Below, one piece after another: positions 32,067-43,219 of a stretch of 64,000 nt of DNA. Under the pieces are notes generated by a model that saw only the letters and a list, made by a program, of their open reading frames with translations, did not search any database and was not told the origin of the DNA. The stretch's first letter is position 1. Every line of letters starts with the position of its first letter. The stretch is taken from assembly GCA_964385615.1 (NCBI GenBank), contig CAYLPP010000002.1, forward strand, positions 40,518-104,517. The letters run 5' to 3'. A program made the position numbers and the translations under genes. This DNA is from an uncultured bacterium (GTDB taxonomy: Bacteria > Omnitrophota > Omnitrophia > Omnitrophales > Aquincolibacteriaceae).

Positions 32067-32893
32067 CGGCGCTTTATTCCAACGGAAAAAAAATCAAAGA
32101 CCAGATTCTTCTAAGCCGTTTCGATGCCGAAGCGGTTGGTGTTTTCGAAAGTCTCCGCACTTACAAGGGCCGGATTTTTCATCTTCAGGAACATCTGGAG
32201 CGGTTTCAAGATTCCATCCGCACCGCCGGCGCTGAGAAGATTCCGGAAGCGTTTTTAAAAGAAGAGCTTGAATCCGCGCTGGCCGCGTTTAAAAAAGATT
32301 TTCCGAAAGAATCGAAGGAAGACCTTTTTATCCGTGTGACTCTTTGGCCCTATGGCTCCAAAGACGGAGGCTGCCTTCTGGTTCAGATTACCCACCGCCG
32401 TCATTCCCCCGATCTTTACAAAAACGGGGTAGTGCTGAGAACTTCCAGTGTGCGCCGTTCGCTTTCTCACGCTTCACCGCCTCAGGCCAAGACTTCCGAT
32501 TATAAAAACGCGCTCATGGCCACTTTGGATCCTTTGCCGGGCTATGAATGGGTTTTTCTGGATCACGAGGGTTTCGTGACGGAAGTGCGCATCGGCAATC
32601 TTTTTACCGTGAAGAAAAAGACACTTTTCACACCGCCCGCCACGGGAATCTTGAATGGCGTGACCCGGCGCTTCGTGATAGAATCAGCCCGCCAGACCGG
32701 AATGAACGTGAAGGAAATTCCGCTGACCCGCCACGATATTTACAATGCGGATGAGGCGTTTTTGACCAATACCTCGTGGGAAATACTTCCCGTCAGAGAA
32801 CTTGACCGCCGCGCGATCGGCCGTAAAGTTCCCGGCCCCGTAACCCTGAAATTGCACAAACTCTTTAAAAAGAAGGCGCTTTCATGTCTTTAA
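32063..32893 (+). CDS. pabC: aminodeoxychorismate lyase (class IV aminotransferase fold)
   Basis: Fold-type IV PLP enzyme (FETLRTYKG, a lysine region, EAFLTNT). The pairing with pabB supports PabC over a branched-chain aminotransferase. Confidence 0.65.
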   Translation: MTALYSNGKKIKDQILLSRFDAEAVGVFESLRTYKGRIFHLQEHLERFQDSIRTAGAEKIPEAFLKEELESALAAFKKDFPKESKEDLFIRVTLWPYGSKDGGCLLVQITHRRHSPDLYKNGVVLRTSSVRRSLSHASPPQAKTSDYKNALMATLDPLPGYEWVFLDHEGFVTEVRIGNLFTVKKKTLFTPPATGILNGVTRRFVIESARQTGMNVKEIPLTRHDIYNADEAFLTNTSWEILPVRELDRRAIGRKVPGPVTLKLHKLFKKKALSCL

Positions 32894-34470
32894 AATCCAT
32901 TCGTCTGGCCCTGATCAGTGTTTCCGATAAAACCGGTCTTGTTCCCTTTGCCCAGTTTCTTGATAAATCCAAAGTTAAAATTCTTTCAACCGGCGGGACA
33001 CTCAAAGCTCTTCAGGAAGCCGGCATCAAGGCGGTGCCTGTGGATGAATACACGGGTTTCCCTGAAATGATGGACGGGCGCGTTAAAACGCTTCATCCTA
33101 AAATCCACGGCGGACTTCTTTACCGGCGCGATAAAAAGGAACACGCGGATCAGGCCAGGAAGCACGGGATTGAAGCGATTGATTTGGTCGTGGTGAATCT
33201 TTACCCATTTGAAAAGGTAACCAGCAATCCGGATGTGGATCTTGAAACCGCGATTGAAAATATTGATATCGGCGGGCCCTCCATGCTCCGCTCCGCCGCC
33301 AAGAACGCTCATTCCGTGACCGTGGTTTGCGATCCCGCGGATTACGCCCGGGTGATTCAGGAGATGCAGGATAAAAAAGGTGCGGTTAGTAATGCTTTAA
33401 AACAAGAGCTCGCGCTGAAAGTTTTTGAACGCACGGCCCGTTACGATGCCGCGATTTCGAGTTTCCTGAGCTCGCGCGTTAGTAAAGAAGCATCCGCCGC
33501 TCCTGTTTCCGAAGCGCTTCCTTCCGCCATGACGCTGGAATACGTGAAAAATATGGATTTGCGCTACGGGGAGAATCCCCATCAGAAAGCGGCTTTTTAC
33601 GCGCGCGCCGGAGTGAAAACGGCCGGTTTTAAACAGCATCACGGGAAGGAACTCTCTTTCAACAACCTGCTTGATATTGAGGCGGTTGTGGAAATGCTCA
33701 AAGAATTTGAAGAGCCCGCGGCTTGTGTGGTCAAACACAACAATCCTTGCGGGGCGGCCCAGGACAAGAATCTTGGCAAGGCGCTGGAATATGCCGTCGA
33801 ATGCGATTCCATGTCGGCTTTCGGCGGCATTATCGGTGTTAACCGGGTCTGCACCCGGGAACTGGCCGAGCTGGCTTTTGATAAATTGAAATTTTTCGAA
33901 GTGTTTGTCGCGCCCAAGTTTGAGCCGGACGCTCTGGAATTTATGAAGAAGCGTCAGAACCTCCGCCTGATTGAGCTTGAAAAAAACGCAATGTATGAAC
34001 CTTTGGATTATAAATTTCTCAATAACGGAGTTTTGGTTCAGCAAAAAGACCTTCCTTTGCCTCAGAGAATGGCGGAGTTAAAGAAAAGTCTGCGTGTCGT
34101 GACGGATATTAAATTGAGTCCTTCTGAAATTGAAGATCTTTTGTTCGCGTTTAAATGTGTCAAGGTTGTGAAGTCGAATGCGATTGTTATTACTCAGGGA
34201 CGGCAGACCGTGGGTATCGGCGCGGGGCAGATGTCGCGCGTGGATTCGGTGGAAATTGCCTGCCGTAAGGCAGGGTACCGGACCGATGGCGGATATCTGG
34301 CTTCCGACGCTTTCTTTCCCATGCCCGATTCAATTGAGGTTGCGGCTCAGCACAAGATTAAAGCGATTATTCAGCCCGGCGGTTCGCTCAAAGACGCGGA
34401 TGTGGTCGCGGCCTGTAATGAGTTTGGAATTGCCATGGTCTTCACCGGCGAGCGCCACTTTAAACACTAA
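32884..34470 (+). CDS. purH: bifunctional AICAR transformylase / IMP cyclohydrolase
   Basis: MGS-like N-terminus ALISVSDKTGL and AICARFT motifs (KHNNPCGAA, GGIIGVN). C-terminus HFKH. Confidence 0.9.
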   Translation: MSLKSIRLALISVSDKTGLVPFAQFLDKSKVKILSTGGTLKALQEAGIKAVPVDEYTGFPEMMDGRVKTLHPKIHGGLLYRRDKKEHADQARKHGIEAIDLVVVNLYPFEKVTSNPDVDLETAIENIDIGGPSMLRSAAKNAHSVTVVCDPADYARVIQEMQDKKGAVSNALKQELALKVFERTARYDAAISSFLSSRVSKEASAAPVSEALPSAMTLEYVKNMDLRYGENPHQKAAFYARAGVKTAGFKQHHGKELSFNNLLDIEAVVEMLKEFEEPAACVVKHNNPCGAAQDKNLGKALEYAVECDSMSAFGGIIGVNRVCTRELAELAFDKLKFFEVFVAPKFEPDALEFMKKRQNLRLIELEKNAMYEPLDYKFLNNGVLVQQKDLPLPQRMAELKKSLRVVTDIKLSPSEIEDLLFAFKCVKVVKSNAIVITQGRQTVGIGAGQMSRVDSVEIACRKAGYRTDGGYLASDAFFPMPDSIEVAAQHKIKAIIQPGGSLKDADVVAACNEFGIAMVFTGERHFKH

Positions 34471-34577
34471 ATGAAGTTCTAGACAGAGCATGGCTGTAGT
34501 GAAAAACCCTCGGCGCGCAGGCTGGTTGCCTCCGGGTTTTATTCTCAACAGATTCCCCACCCAAAAACTTTAAAACC

Positions 34578-35807
34578 GTGAACTTTAAAGAGGCGCTTTT
34601 CTATTTAGATTCGTTTTTGAACTTTGAACGAATCCATTTCTATCCGCGGGGCCGTCAATGGAACCTGGACCGGATGAAACTGCTTTTGAGGTGGGCCGGT
34701 CATCCGCAGGAAAGTTACGAACGGGTTTTAATCGCGGGGACCAAAGGAAAAGGTTCGACCGGTTTTTTTCTGGAATCGATTCTCGAAGCTTCGGGCGTCT
34801 CGACCGGGTTTTATTCTTCCCCCCATATTTCCGACCCGCGTGAACGGATTCGTATCGGCGGGAAAATAATTTCAAAAGAAACATTCGCCCGCGCAATGAC
34901 TTGGGTGCGGTCCATCGTTTCAAAACCCGGCAAAACCCCGGGATTCACCTATTTTGAAATTATGACGTTACTGGCCGCTTATTGTTTTAAGAAAGCGGGA
35001 GTGCGGGTTGGGATTTTTGAAGTTGGGCTGGGAGGCCGTCTGGATGCTACAAACGCGCTTGAGCACGGCCTCAGCATTTTAACGCCGATTCATTATGACC
35101 ATGAAGCGGTGCTGGGTCATACCTTGACTGAAATTGCGGGGGAAAAAGCCGCGGTTATCCGGCGGTATTCGCCGGTCATTACCGGGCCTCAACTGCCTGA
35201 AGCGATGAAAGTCATTCAAAAACAGATCCGGCTTCGCGAAGCGAAACTACTACGGGCTGAGCCCTATTCCGGACGGATTCCGCTGGAAGGGGATTTTCAA
35301 CAGCTCAATGCCGGAATAGCCTTTCGGGCAGCCCAGGAGCTTTCTATAAGGAAGGGGTTTCATCTGGCTCCGGGCCTTGAGAGAAGGCTTCCTTTGAGGA
35401 AAGGGTGGCCTGGGCGCATGGAATGGCTGAATCGAGGCCGTATTTTGATTGATGGTGCCCATAATCCTGTGTCTATTCAAGCGCTTGTCAGAAACCTGAA
35501 GATGCTTAAAATCAAAGACCCTGTGCTGGTTTTTGGAACCTCACGGGATAAAAACTCCGAAGCCATGCTTCAGAGCTTGGCCCGCGTCTCTCAGGAAATT
35601 ATTTTAACTCCGGTACCGGGATGCAGGAGTCAACGGCTCGAAATTCTTTTAAAACAGGCTTCGAAGCATTTTTCACTTATGTTTCCGGCGGCGAATGTCC
35701 GTCAGGCAATGGCCCTGGCGCTTCAAAGGGTCGGACAAAAACGTAAGATAGCGGCAACCGGTTCCTTTTATCTGATTGGGGAGATTCGAAAGAGATTTTA
35801 TGCCTGA
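34578..35807 (+). CDS. folC: folylpolyglutamate synthase / dihydrofolate synthase
   Basis: Mur-ligase P-loop IAGTKGKGST and ATP-binding segments. GTG start. Confidence 0.8.
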   Translation: MNFKEALFYLDSFLNFERIHFYPRGRQWNLDRMKLLLRWAGHPQESYERVLIAGTKGKGSTGFFLESILEASGVSTGFYSSPHISDPRERIRIGGKIISKETFARAMTWVRSIVSKPGKTPGFTYFEIMTLLAAYCFKKAGVRVGIFEVGLGGRLDATNALEHGLSILTPIHYDHEAVLGHTLTEIAGEKAAVIRRYSPVITGPQLPEAMKVIQKQIRLREAKLLRAEPYSGRIPLEGDFQQLNAGIAFRAAQELSIRKGFHLAPGLERRLPLRKGWPGRMEWLNRGRILIDGAHNPVSIQALVRNLKMLKIKDPVLVFGTSRDKNSEAMLQSLARVSQEIILTPVPGCRSQRLEILLKQASKHFSLMFPAANVRQAMALALQRVGQKRKIAATGSFYLIGEIRKRFYA

Positions 35808-37182
35808 TTTAAGACTTGAAGATACGATCGCGGCGGTTGCGACGCCTCCTGGTGAAGGAGGGATTGCCGTACTGCGCGTCAGCGGTCCGGAAGCTTTGCG
35901 CGTGACCGGCGAAGTGTTCCGCCCTCAAAAAGGCTGTTTGAAAGATTTTCCTTCCCACACCATCCACTTGGGTGAAATTCACGAAGACGGCAAAATCATT
36001 GATCAGGCGCTGGTCAGTCTTTTCCGTGCTCCGAATTCATACACGGGTGAAGAAGTGGTTGAAATTAGTTCGCACGGAGGTTTGCTTGTAACGCGAAAGA
36101 TTCTGAACGCGCTGATCAGCCGCGGCGCGCGTCACGCGCAGCCGGGGGAATTCACCAAGCGCGCGTTTTTAAACGGAAAAATAAATCTGACTCAAGCTGA
36201 AGCGGTTCTGGATTTAATCAAAGCTAAAAGTGACAAGTCGCTTGAAACCGCGCTGCGTCAACTTTCGGGTTCGCTTTCTGAAAAAATAAAGTCTCTTAAA
36301 GATAGATTGATGAAAATTTACGCGCACCTGGAAGCGTTTCTGGATTTTCCTGAAGAAGATCTGGAAATTTATTCGGACCGTCAGTTTCTTGAAAGTTTCT
36401 CAGCCGCCGAAAAAGAACTTCAGGCTTTGGCCGAAAGCTTCCGGCGCGGGGCTATTTTTCGTGAAGGAGTCAGGGTGGCAATTGTAGGCCGTCCCAATGC
36501 CGGAAAGTCCTCTCTTTTCAACGTGCTTTTAAGCCGTGATAGAGCCCTGGTTTCCGAATACCCCGGAACTACCCGGGACATACTGGAAGAGGCCGTTGAA
36601 ATTGGAGGGATTTATGTGAGGCTGACGGATACGGCGGGACTGGATTCCGGCCTTGAGCACCCGTTGGACCGGATGGGCATGGAACGCACCCGCGAGTCGC
36701 TTAAGGGCGCGGATTATTATCTTTATGTTGTGGATGCTTCCTCGCCCTGGAACTCTGAAGAAAAAAAACTGACAGATGAAATTATTTCAAAACCATTTTT
36801 AGCGGTGCTTAATAAATGTGATTTAGGTTTGAAAATCAAAAAAGAGATTTCGGAAAATTTTCCGGGAACTGAGTTCATTCCGGTTTCTACCAAAACAAGA
36901 GAAGGCCTGGACAAACTTGAAGAGAAAATTTCCGAAATGATTTTAAAATCAGATTCCGGCAGTGAACATGAACACCTGACGCGGTTAAGACATAAGAACG
37001 CTGTGGATCAGGCGCTGGATTTTTTGAGACGTGCGCGGAACAATTTTCAGAACCGCCAGTCGCTGGAATACCCGGTTGAAGACATTAAGGCCTCTCTTGC
37101 TTCGCTTCAGGAATTGATCGGGGAAGTCTACTCGGAAGACCTTCTAGACGTGATTTTCTCGGAATTCTGCATCGGAAAGTGA
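35801..37182 (+). CDS. mnmE: tRNA modification GTPase MnmE
   Basis: G1 GRPNAGKSS, G3 DTAGL, G4 NKCD, and the C-terminal FCIGK motif. Confidence 0.85.
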
Positions 37183-37305
37183 GGTTTTTTCGCGAGTGCA
37201 GAATGTTGACCCGCTTTTTACTTTGATTTTTTAATCTGACAAGAAAATTTACACGCATTTTTCCCTATAGAAACCAAAGATTAAAAAAAATTTATTTTTT
37301 TTATT

Positions 37306-37340
37306 TGACAGCGTGTGATTGTGTGCTTAAAATGCGCAAC
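37306..37340 (+). promoter_or_regulatory. near-consensus sigma70 promoter (TTGACA-17 bp-TAAAAT) with an upstream A/T tract
   Basis: TTGACAgcgtgtgattgtgtgctTAAAAT, preceded by aaaaaaaatttatttttttt (UP-element-like). It lies about 470 bp upstream of nrdJ. Confidence 0.4.
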
Positions 37341-37502
37341 ACCTGAAGAAATTTTGAAGTTTTTTGACAATTAGTTTCGGTTTTGGATCCGTAAATCCGA
37401 GAAAAAAAACAAATGCAGTTCCGTCATTATACTTTTTCTGATGATTTGATGTCCGCGCCAATGACCGGCGCGTTAGCAACAGGTTATTTAGAACGGATTT
37501 AA

Positions 37503-37544
37503 GGCGGTCTTACCCCTTCGAGGGCTAAAGCCGTCTTTTTTTTT
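37503..37544 (+). terminator. intrinsic-terminator-like hairpin plus T9 run inside the nrdJ leader
   Basis: GGCGGTCTTACCCCTTCGAGGGCTAAAGCCGTC can fold with an inner CCCCT/AGGG stem. It is followed by TTTTTTTTT. Confidence 0.4.
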
Positions 37545-37715
37545 CTCTGAAATTCCGGAAGTCGCACAAAACTTCCATCAACCGAAATAAAGGGGAACTC
37601 AGCACCAGACTCTGGCTATGCTGACTCATTTCGGACGACCCAACACTGGAAAAATTCCAACAAAAAAATTAACTCAAGAGTTTAAACAGCCTTGACGAAC
37701 TATTGTCTAAAGATA

Positions 37716-37760
37716 CTACATATGGTAGACCTTAAGGGTGATTATCTACTATATGTTGAG
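37716..37760 (+). promoter_or_regulatory. tandem NrdR-box-like imperfect palindromes upstream of nrdJ
   Basis: ctacATATGgtag (37716-37728) and ctacTATATGttgag (37746-37760) are 30 bp apart, resembling the paired A/T-cored 16-bp NrdR operators. Both are imperfect. Confidence 0.3.
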
Positions 37761-37810
37761 AATAGTGCGATAAGGTTTTAAAAAGATTTAAATAAAGGGA
37801 GGCCCCTTAT

Positions 37811-40800
37811 ATGAGCACTAAAGTTGAAAAAAAGCCCCAAGCAATTCCCCCGGCATCTAAACCCGGTTCAGGCCTCAAGATAGGGCGTAAATTTACCCGC
37901 GCGGGTGAGAATCCGCTGGATGCAATTGATTATGTGAAGCGCAGTTCTATGATCACAAATCCTGACGGTTCCGTGGTTTTCCGCATGGATAATGTGGAAG
38001 TTCCTAAGGAATGGAGCCAGCTGGCCACCGATATTATCGTTTCTAAATATTTCCGCAAAGCCGGAGTGCCCGGCACGGGCAGTGAAGTCAGCGCCCGCCA
38101 GGTTGTTTACCGCATTGCTCACACGATTCGTAAAGCCGGCGAGAAATTCGGCGGTTATTTTAATTCGGCGGAAGACGCTCAGGCTTTTGAAGACGAACTT
38201 CTTCATTTGATGATTACCCAGAAATGCGTTTTCAATTCTCCGGTCTGGTTTAACTGCGGTTTGAGCGAGTACGGAATCACGGGAAGCGGCGGTAATTATT
38301 TCTGGGACCCGGAAACCGATTCCATCAAGGAAACCACGGACGCTTATTCACATCCGCAGTGCTCAGCATGTTTCATTCAGTCGGTTAAAGATGATCTGAT
38401 GTCCATCTTTGATCTGGTGAAGCATGAAGCCCGCCTTTTCAAATACGGTTCCGGCACCGGCACTAACTTTTCAAATCTTCGCGGGCGTCAGGAAAAACTT
38501 TCCGGCGGAGGAACTTCTTCCGGTTTGATGTCTTTCCTGGAAGTGCTTGACCGCGGTGCGGGCGCGACCAAATCCGGCGGTACCACACGCCGTGCGGCCA
38601 AGATGGTCTGCCTTGATATGGATCACCCCGAAATCGCGGATTTCATTAACTGGAAAGTTCGTGAAGAAAAGAAAGTCGCGGCGCTGATCGCGGCCGGCTA
38701 TTCTTCAGATTTCAACGGGGAAGCTTATAAAACCGTTGCCGGTCAGAATTCCAACAATTCTGTCCGTATCTCCGATGAATTCATGCAGTCTTATCTCAAT
38801 GACGGTGACTGGAATACCAAATCCCGTACTACCGGGGAAGTGATTGGTACTTACAAGGCCCGTGATCTGATGGATCAGGTGGCTTACGCAGCCTGGGCTT
38901 GCGCGGATCCCGGTGTTCAGTTTGATACCATCATTAATGATTGGCATACTTCAGCCAAAACCGGCCGTATCAATGCCTCCAATCCTTGCTCTGAATATAT
39001 GTTCTTGGACGACACGGCTTGTAATCTGGCTTCCATTAACGTCATGAAATATTTGAAGGAAGACGGAAGCTTTGATATTGAAGCTTACCGCCATACCGTC
39101 CGTATTTTCATCACGGCTATGGAGATCATTATCGATCTGGCTTCTTATCCGACCCAGCCGATTGCCAAGAACAGCCATGATTTCCGCCCGCTTGGCCTGG
39201 GTTACGCGAATCTCGGCACGCTTCTGATGGTCAGCGGAATTCCTTATGACAGCCCTGAAGCTTCGGCGATCTGCAGTGCGCTGACGGCTATCATGACTGG
39301 TCACGCGTATAAAACTTCCGCGGAAATCGCGGCCAGCAAAGGTCCGTTTCCGGGGTACGCGCCCAACCGTGAATCCATGCTTCGCGTTATGAACAAGCAT
39401 CGCGACGCGTCCTACAAGATTTCCCACGAACATTGCTGGGAAGATGTTTTGATCGCCGCCCATGAAGACTGGGATGAAGCGGTCGCGTTTGGTGAAAAAT
39501 ACGGCTACCGCAACGCGCAGGCTTCCGTGATCGCGCCCACCGGCACGATCGGCCTTCTGATGGATTGCGATACGACCGGTATCGAACCTGATTTCGCGCT
39601 GGTGAAATTCAAGAAACTGGCCGGCGGCGGTTATTTTAAAATCATCAACCAGTCCGTTCCGGTCGCGCTTGAAAAGCTGGGCTATTCCAAAGGCGAAATT
39701 CAGGACATCATTGAGTACATTCAGGGCACGTCCCGCCTGGAAGGTACACCCTGGATCAACCGTGAGACTCTGAAAGCCAAAGGGCTGACGGATGAAGACC
39801 TGAACAAAATTGAACCCGCGCTTCCTTCCGTGTTCGATCTGACCTTCGCATTCAATAAGTGGACGCTGGGTGAAGAAGCGATGAAACGCCTTGGTCTTAA
39901 GCCTGAACAGTACAACAACCCGAAGTTCAATCTTCTGGAAGCTGTCGGTTTCTCAAAAGCTGAAATTGAAGAAGCCAACTCCGTGGTCTGCGGTACCATG
40001 ACGATTGAAGGCGCTCCGCACCTGAAGCTTGAGCACCTGCCGATTTTTGACTGCGCCAACAAGTGCGGCAAGATCGGCAAGCGTTTCCTGGAACCCATGT
40101 CTCATGTGCGCATGATGGCCGCGGCCCAGCCGTTTATTTCGGGCGCGATTTCCAAGACCGTCAATCTTCCGAACGAATGCACGGTGGACGAAATCAAGAA
40201 TATCTACGTGGAATCCTGGAAGCTCGGCCTTAAAGCAGTTGCTCTTTACCGTGATGGTTCCAAGCTTTCTCAGCCTCTTAACGCCAAGAAGGATGATGAT
40301 TCTTCCAAGGATGAGAAAGGCGCCAAGGCCCAGCCGGCTGCGGCGGTTCAGCCCAAGCGCAAGAAACTTTCCAAGAAGCGCGCGGGCATTACGGTGGAAG
40401 CCCGCATCGGCGGACAGAAGCTTTACCTTCGCACCGGCGAATATGATGACGGTAACCTGGGTGAAATTTTTGTGGATGTCGCCAAAGAGGGCACTACGCT
40501 TCGTTCCGTGATCAACTGCTTCGCCATGTCGGTTTCGATGGGCTTACAGTATGGTGTTCCGCTTGAAGAGTATGTCAGCTTGTTTACGGGCACCCGTTTT
40601 GAACCTCAGGGGCCTGTGGATCATCCGAATATCAAGAATGCCACCTCGATCGTGGATTTCATCTTCCGCCTTCTGGGTATGGAATATCTGGGCCGTACCG
40701 ATTTCATTCAGGTTCCGCCCGATCCGTCCACGCTTGAGATCGCCAAGAAGAATCCGAATAAAATGCCGAGCATCGCGCTTCAGATGCCTCCGGCTGAAAG

Positions 40801-41023
40801 CCTTCCCAAGCCGAAAACTCCGGTTAAGGGAACCAATGGCGGAACGATTGCCCGCGCGGCCGGCGGAAATACTTCAAGCCTGCTTCAGGGAACTTCGGCT
40901 TCCAATGAGCATCTGGCCAATATGATGGGCGATGCGCCGCTTTGCTCCTGCGGTCACGTTACGGTGCGCAGTGGTTCATGCTACAAGTGCTTGAACTGCG
41001 GTAACAGTCTCGGCTGTTCCTGA
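37811..41023 (+). CDS. nrdJ: adenosylcobalamin-dependent (class II) ribonucleoside-diphosphate reductase
   Basis: 1070 aa. Class II active-site [20 protein letters not shown], a thiyl-radical Cys region, and a C-terminal Cys-rich tail [25 protein letters not shown]. Confidence 0.9.
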   Translation: MSTKVEKKPQAIPPASKPGSGLKIGRKFTRAGENPLDAIDYVKRSSMITNPDGSVVFRMDNVEVPKEWSQLATDIIVSKYFRKAGVPGTGSEVSARQVVYRIAHTIRKAGEKFGGYFNSAEDAQAFEDELLHLMITQKCVFNSPVWFNCGLSEYGITGSGGNYFWDPETDSIKETTDAYSHPQCSACFIQSVKDDLMSIFDLVKHEARLFKYGSGTGTNFSNLRGRQEKLSGGGTSSGLMSFLEVLDRGAGATKSGGTTRRAAKMVCLDMDHPEIADFINWKVREEKKVAALIAAGYSSDFNGEAYKTVAGQNSNNSVRISDEFMQSYLNDGDWNTKSRTTGEVIGTYKARDLMDQVAYAAWACADPGVQFDTIINDWHTSAKTGRINASNPCSEYMFLDDTACNLASINVMKYLKEDGSFDIEAYRHTVRIFITAMEIIIDLASYPTQPIAKNSHDFRPLGLGYANLGTLLMVSGIPYDSPEASAICSALTAIMTGHAYKTSAEIAASKGPFPGYAPNRESMLRVMNKHRDASYKISHEHCWEDVLIAAHEDWDEAVAFGEKYGYRNAQASVIAPTGTIGLLMDCDTTGIEPDFALVKFKKLAGGGYFKIINQSVPVALEKLGYSKGEIQDIIEYIQGTSRLEGTPWINRETLKAKGLTDEDLNKIEPALPSVFDLTFAFNKWTLGEEAMKRLGLKPEQYNNPKFNLLEAVGFSKAEIEEANSVVCGTMTIEGAPHLKLEHLPIFDCANKCGKIGKRFLEPMSHVRMMAAAQPFISGAISKTVNLPNECTVDEIKNIYVESWKLGLKAVALYRDGSKLSQPLNAKKDDDSSKDEKGAKAQPAAAVQPKRKKLSKKRAGITVEARIGGQKLYLRTGEYDDGNLGEIFVDVAKEGTTLRSVINCFAMSVSMGLQYGVPLEEYVSLFTGTRFEPQGPVDHPNIKNATSIVDFIFRLLGMEYLGRTDFIQVPPDPSTLEIAKKNPNKMPSIALQMPPAESLPKPKTPVKGTNGGTIARAAGGNTSSLLQGTSASNEHLANMMGDAPLCSCGHVTVRSGSCYKCLNCGNSLGCS

Positions 41024-41271
41024 TTTTCGTTAAGGCTCAGGGGTTGCGCTACGGCACCGCTCGGACCGCGAGAAAAACACCGGTCTGAGCGGTCCTCGCC
41101 TACTTGCGGGCCGGATTTTTCATTACCATTAAAAATCTCGGCCCTTTAGTTGCCTCCGCGCAAACCCATTCGCCTCTCCTCAAATCCAGCCGATCCGCCT
41201 TTAAACTAGTGTCTCAACCCTTTTTCAATCCTGCCTGAAGCTGCCGGGCTCTTCTGCCGATTTAATTAAGT

Positions 41272-43041
41272 ATGGAAAAGCGTGATCAAATCTTCGGAAG
41301 GAACCGCCGGCCCGGAGCTAGAACACCGGATCTGATTCACCTCGCACTCTGCATGGTGTTTACCGGCGCTTTTATTCTCCTCCTTTCCTCAGGCCGGCTG
41401 GAACGCGCCGAAAAAATCTTCTTCGATTACTTTCTTCGCCAGCGTCCGCCAGCGCCGGCTTCTTCTGACCTCCTGCTGATTAATATTGATGAGGAAAGCT
41501 TGCGCGCGATTGGGCCCTGGCCATGGCCTTGGCGTTATCACGCGGAAATCATCCGGATTTTAAAAAAAGCGGGCGCCAAATCGATTATTTTTGATTACCC
41601 ATTTGAAGGAACTCCTTTAGAAGAAGACCATCTCAAGCTTTCACAGACGATCGCCGACGCGGGCAATGTTTTTCTTCCTGTTTCGCTGGAAATCCGGAGC
41701 AATAAAAAGATATGGGTTCATTCTCTGCCCGTGGACCTGGAACCTGCGGGGGATAAAACGGTCTGGGAACACGCCCCAATGGATATTGAAACTCGCGCGG
41801 CGGATATCGGGCATATCAATTTAACAGCGGATGATGATGGGGTGCTTAGACGCGTGAACGCTTTTACGGCTTATGGAAATGAAACTTATGCCTATGAACC
41901 GCTTGCCGCGGCATATCAATTGAAACATCCGGGGATGAAGTGGACGCCTTCATCTCAGGATTGGCAAGTTCCTTTAGATGAAAAAGGCCGGCTTTTAATT
42001 AACTGGCTCGGCAGGGACCGGGAACTTTTTCAGAAAATATCTTTCGCGGCCGTGGTACGGAGCGCTCAGTCGGAAGAAAAAGGAATGACTTCAGATGACG
42101 GGCTTGAAAAAGTAAAAGGGAAAATTTGTCTGGTCGGCGTTACGTCGCCGGGTCTTTCAAAAACATTCGCGACTCCGCTGGACGCGGCCTGTCCTTCCGT
42201 TCTGGTTCAGGCGCATGTGCTTTCTGGCGCGCTGACAGGCCGGCAGTTAATCCCCGGCTCTTTTATGCTAAATGCTTTTTATCTTTCTCTCGCGGGATTT
42301 CTGGCGAGCCTTTGTTTCGTGCTTTTTAGAGGGGTTAGCGCGTTTTTCGCGGGACTGGGCCTCGGTGCCGTCTGCCTAGTTTTTTCTTTTTTGATTTTTT
42401 GGAATGCGTCTATTTGGATTTATCCGGTCCATCCGCTTCTGCTGACATTGACCTTGTTTATTTTTTCCGCGATTTATACCGCCATTACGGGAGCGCGGGA
42501 GCGCTCAAAGCTTTTCGATTTGGCCACGCGTGACGGTCTGACCGGGCTTTTTGTCATCCGGCACTTCCGGGAAATTCTGAATCAGGAAGTTCAGCAGGCT
42601 CAGCTTGAAAAACGTCCGCTCGCGGTTATTTTGATTGATATCGATGACTTTAAAAAAATCAATGACACCTACGGTCATCCGGCGGGAGACATGGTGCTTA
42701 AAAAAGTCGCGGAAGCCGTTTGCGCCAATTGCCGGATCAAACGGCCGCTGAACAAGATTGATTTTGTCGCGCGATACGGCGGTGAGGAGCTGATCCTGAT
42801 GCTCCGTTCAAAGCTTTCCGACGCGGCTTTCAAAGTCGCCGAACGTATCCGAAAAGCCGTTGAGCAGACGGCTTTCGAATGGGACGGTCAGAAGATTAAA
42901 GTCACGATCAGTCTCGGCGCTGCGAGTCTGCACGCGGGTGAGAATGTTCCGGATTTAATGGTGCGCCGCGCGGATGAAGCTCTTTATCGGGCTAAGCGCA
43001 ACGGCAAGAATCAGGTCTGCGTTGAAACCTTTGCGGCATAA
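41272..43041 (+). CDS. CHASE2 sensor domain-containing diguanylate cyclase (GGDEF)
   Basis: N-terminal TM plus periplasmic CHASE2-like region, three TM helices, then GGDEF domain with the RYGGEEL active-site variant and a DxLT-like DGLTGLF. Confidence 0.8.
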   Translation: MEKRDQIFGRNRRPGARTPDLIHLALCMVFTGAFILLLSSGRLERAEKIFFDYFLRQRPPAPASSDLLLINIDEESLRAIGPWPWPWRYHAEIIRILKKAGAKSIIFDYPFEGTPLEEDHLKLSQTIADAGNVFLPVSLEIRSNKKIWVHSLPVDLEPAGDKTVWEHAPMDIETRAADIGHINLTADDDGVLRRVNAFTAYGNETYAYEPLAAAYQLKHPGMKWTPSSQDWQVPLDEKGRLLINWLGRDRELFQKISFAAVVRSAQSEEKGMTSDDGLEKVKGKICLVGVTSPGLSKTFATPLDAACPSVLVQAHVLSGALTGRQLIPGSFMLNAFYLSLAGFLASLCFVLFRGVSAFFAGLGLGAVCLVFSFLIFWNASIWIYPVHPLLLTLTLFIFSAIYTAITGARERSKLFDLATRDGLTGLFVIRHFREILNQEVQQAQLEKRPLAVILIDIDDFKKINDTYGHPAGDMVLKKVAEAVCANCRIKRPLNKIDFVARYGGEELILMLRSKLSDAAFKVAERIRKAVEQTAFEWDGQKIKVTISLGAASLHAGENVPDLMVRRADEALYRAKRNGKNQVCVETFAA

Positions 43042-43135
43042 ATTTTCATGGCTGAACAGGGGAATGGCGGAGAGGGAGCCCTGACTTCATCATAAAATCT
43101 TGTGAAGTCAGGACACTCCACTCCAAGAGTAAACG

Positions 43136-43219
43136 CGGAGAGGGAGGGACTCGAACCCTCAAGCGGTTGCCCGCGCCGGTTTTCGAGACCGGTACCTTGC
43201 CAATTCGGAGCACCTCTCC
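43136..43219 (-). tRNA. tRNA-Ser (anticodon CGA), class II with long variable arm
   Basis: Reverse complement reads GGAGAGGTG...CCGGT-CTCGAAA-ACCGG...GCGGGCAACCGC...GAGGGTTCGAGTCCCTC-CCTCTCC-G. It has a 7/7 acceptor stem, a 5-bp anticodon stem with U33 and anticodon CGA, a variable stem-loop and a TPsiC arm. It is very similar to E. coli tRNA-Ser(CGA). The D-stem is weak (2 bp plus a mismatch). No encoded CCA. Confidence 0.7.

Noticed and set aside
37340-37810. Possible cobalamin riboswitch in the long leader of the B12-dependent RNR
   Set aside because: There is no B12-box-like conserved core. Biologically, B12 riboswitches repress B12-independent RNRs, not nrdJ. The leader is better explained by the promoter, sORF, terminator and NrdR-box features reported.
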